A stretch of 64,000 nucleotides of DNA from Squalus acanthias (lineage: Eukaryota). A program made the translations under genes and the position numbers. Location of the stretch: contig CM059431.1 in NCBI GenBank assembly GCA_030390025.1, positions 107,448,001 to 107,512,000 of the forward strand, in the 5' to 3' direction. The first letter of the stretch is position 1, and the number at the start of each line of letters is the position of its first letter. Shown here in pieces: positions 62,588 to 64,000 of this stretch. A model generated the notes under the pieces. That model made no database searches, was not told where the DNA came from, and saw only the letters and a program-made list of their open reading frames with translations.

Positions 62588-62957
62588 TTATGAGGCGTTC
62601 ACAAACGGTCCTTGCAGAAGCAACATGGAGCGCCTCCCTCCCACGTTGTTGCTGCTCATCCTCCTCTTCATCCTCCTCCTCCGCCTCCTCCTCCTCCTCC
62701 TCTCCCTCTTCCTCCTCCTAGGTGGTCCACCAATCCCTGATGGCAATGGCTGGGTCCTCAGAATTACGAGGTTGTGAAGCATGCAGCACACAACAATGAA
62801 AACCAATACTCGATCAGGGGAGTATTGCAAGGCTCCTCTGGAGTGGTCAAGTCACCAGAACCATTGCTTCAGCATGCTGATCGTCTGTTCAATGAGATTC
62901 CTGGTGGCGCTATGGCTCTCACTGTAGGCGAGCTCAGCAAGAGTGTTGGGGTTACAG
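62588..62957 (-). pseudogene. Harbinger transposase C-terminal part
   Basis: SHSATRNLIEQTISMLKQ...GALQYSPDRV...VCCMLHNL. Confidence 0.85.
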
Positions 62958-64000
62958 TGAAGGGATAATTACAAGTCCTAGCCCTTTTCGGGCTACCCCA
63001 GATCAGGCGTATTCCCCAGACGTTCACCTTCAACTAAAGTTAGCGGTAGCCAAATCCTAGAGACGCTTAATTGGGTCTAAAGGTTCAGACTACCTCTCCC
63101 TAAAGGAAAGAAACGGCCTGAAGATGTTACCATCCTCCGGATAGCACTTTTAACAAGTTTAACTAGACTGTAACCTTCTGGATATTTTATGAGGGTCCGG
63201 AAACCCCCCCAGAATTCTGCAACTCCTCACTGAAGAGTGTACAGAAATTGAGTTTGTGAGATTGATACAGAAATACTCTTTGAGACAATTTTAAAAATAT
63301 ATAGATTTATTAAAGAACCAACATCTAGTTAACAGCTTGTATGGCAATCACAACTTTAACCGTTCAAAATACAAATAGCTTACATTTCTTATCAGAGATC
63401 CTTATTCTCAAATCTTAACTTCGTTACATTTCCACACTTCTACTTATTTCTTAATCCAGAATATCCAACAAAATCAAATACCTTGATTACCCGAGACTCA
63501 GAGTTGTAGACCTACAGAGTGGTTCTGAAGGCAAGAATCGCTCTGCCCCTTCCCAGCGACTTCTGTTTTCTCATTTGAAAAGCTCTTACTTTTATACTCT
63601 TTTTTTAGTGGTATATTCTTTGAAGTTTTCTTTTGATATAAGCTAATTGTCTCTACTGATACTCTATTGAATTCTTTTCTATTCGTACTGTCATCTCAGC
63701 TGCCAACTTTTAGAATTCTGTCTCTACCTTTAGGTGTTTCAAAAACTATCATAACATGGTTATTAGAGATTTATCTTTTGATGCTATTCTTAGGAAGTCT
63801 TTCTATTGAATTCTTAATATCACTTAACTGCTTGTAAGCCAGACGTCGTGACTCCGTGGTGTTCCAAGTTTAACACATAAACAATGTGATTGCTTGGTGT
63901 CATCTATTGATATATTTTCAAAGCCTCTCTGTAGGTATCTTTTACAATATGTAAATCAAAACCACTTCTCTTAGGGTGTTTACTTGTTTTCTTGCTATCT
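62958..64000 (-). mobile_element. LTR of the same family as 29142-30425, running off the window end
   Basis: Starts TGAAGGGATAATTAC and aligns by eye with 29142 onward for at least 800 bp. Confidence 0.85.

Larger units (their letters stand above)
60018..62957 (+). mobile_element. Harbinger element interrupted by an LTR
   Basis: Terminus gggggaaaaattt, Myb gene on plus, transposase 3' end on minus cut off at 62958. Confidence 0.85.

Overview
Repeat-dense vertebrate genomic DNA, most likely from a shark or ray (HE1/HER1-like and Deu-type SINE/LINE sequences, many Harbinger elements). No host gene can be identified, only a few isolated candidate exons. The window is mostly nested transposable elements: CR1/L2/RTE LINE fragments, SINEs, two Penelope-like elements with hammerhead-ribozyme cores, several Harbinger elements and MITEs, a Tigger with an open transposase ORF, and solo LTRs. 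The standout is a young 9.4-kb minus-strand LTR element (44919-54314): two 1685-bp LTRs differing at about 11 positions, a GACC target duplication, a tRNA-Arg primer site and a PPT. It has an open gag (CCHC knuckle, overlapping PSAP/PPSY late motifs) and an open env that resembles a paramyxo/baculovirus-F-type class I fusogen with an extra N-terminal Ig-like domain, but it has no pol. In place of pol, the gag stop lies in a UGA-CUAG readthrough context with a downstream stem-loop, in frame with a non-enzymatic coiled-coil/acidic ORF. I infer a non-autonomous, enveloped, possibly lokiretrovirus-like element. All family assignments come from reading motifs by eye, not from database searches.
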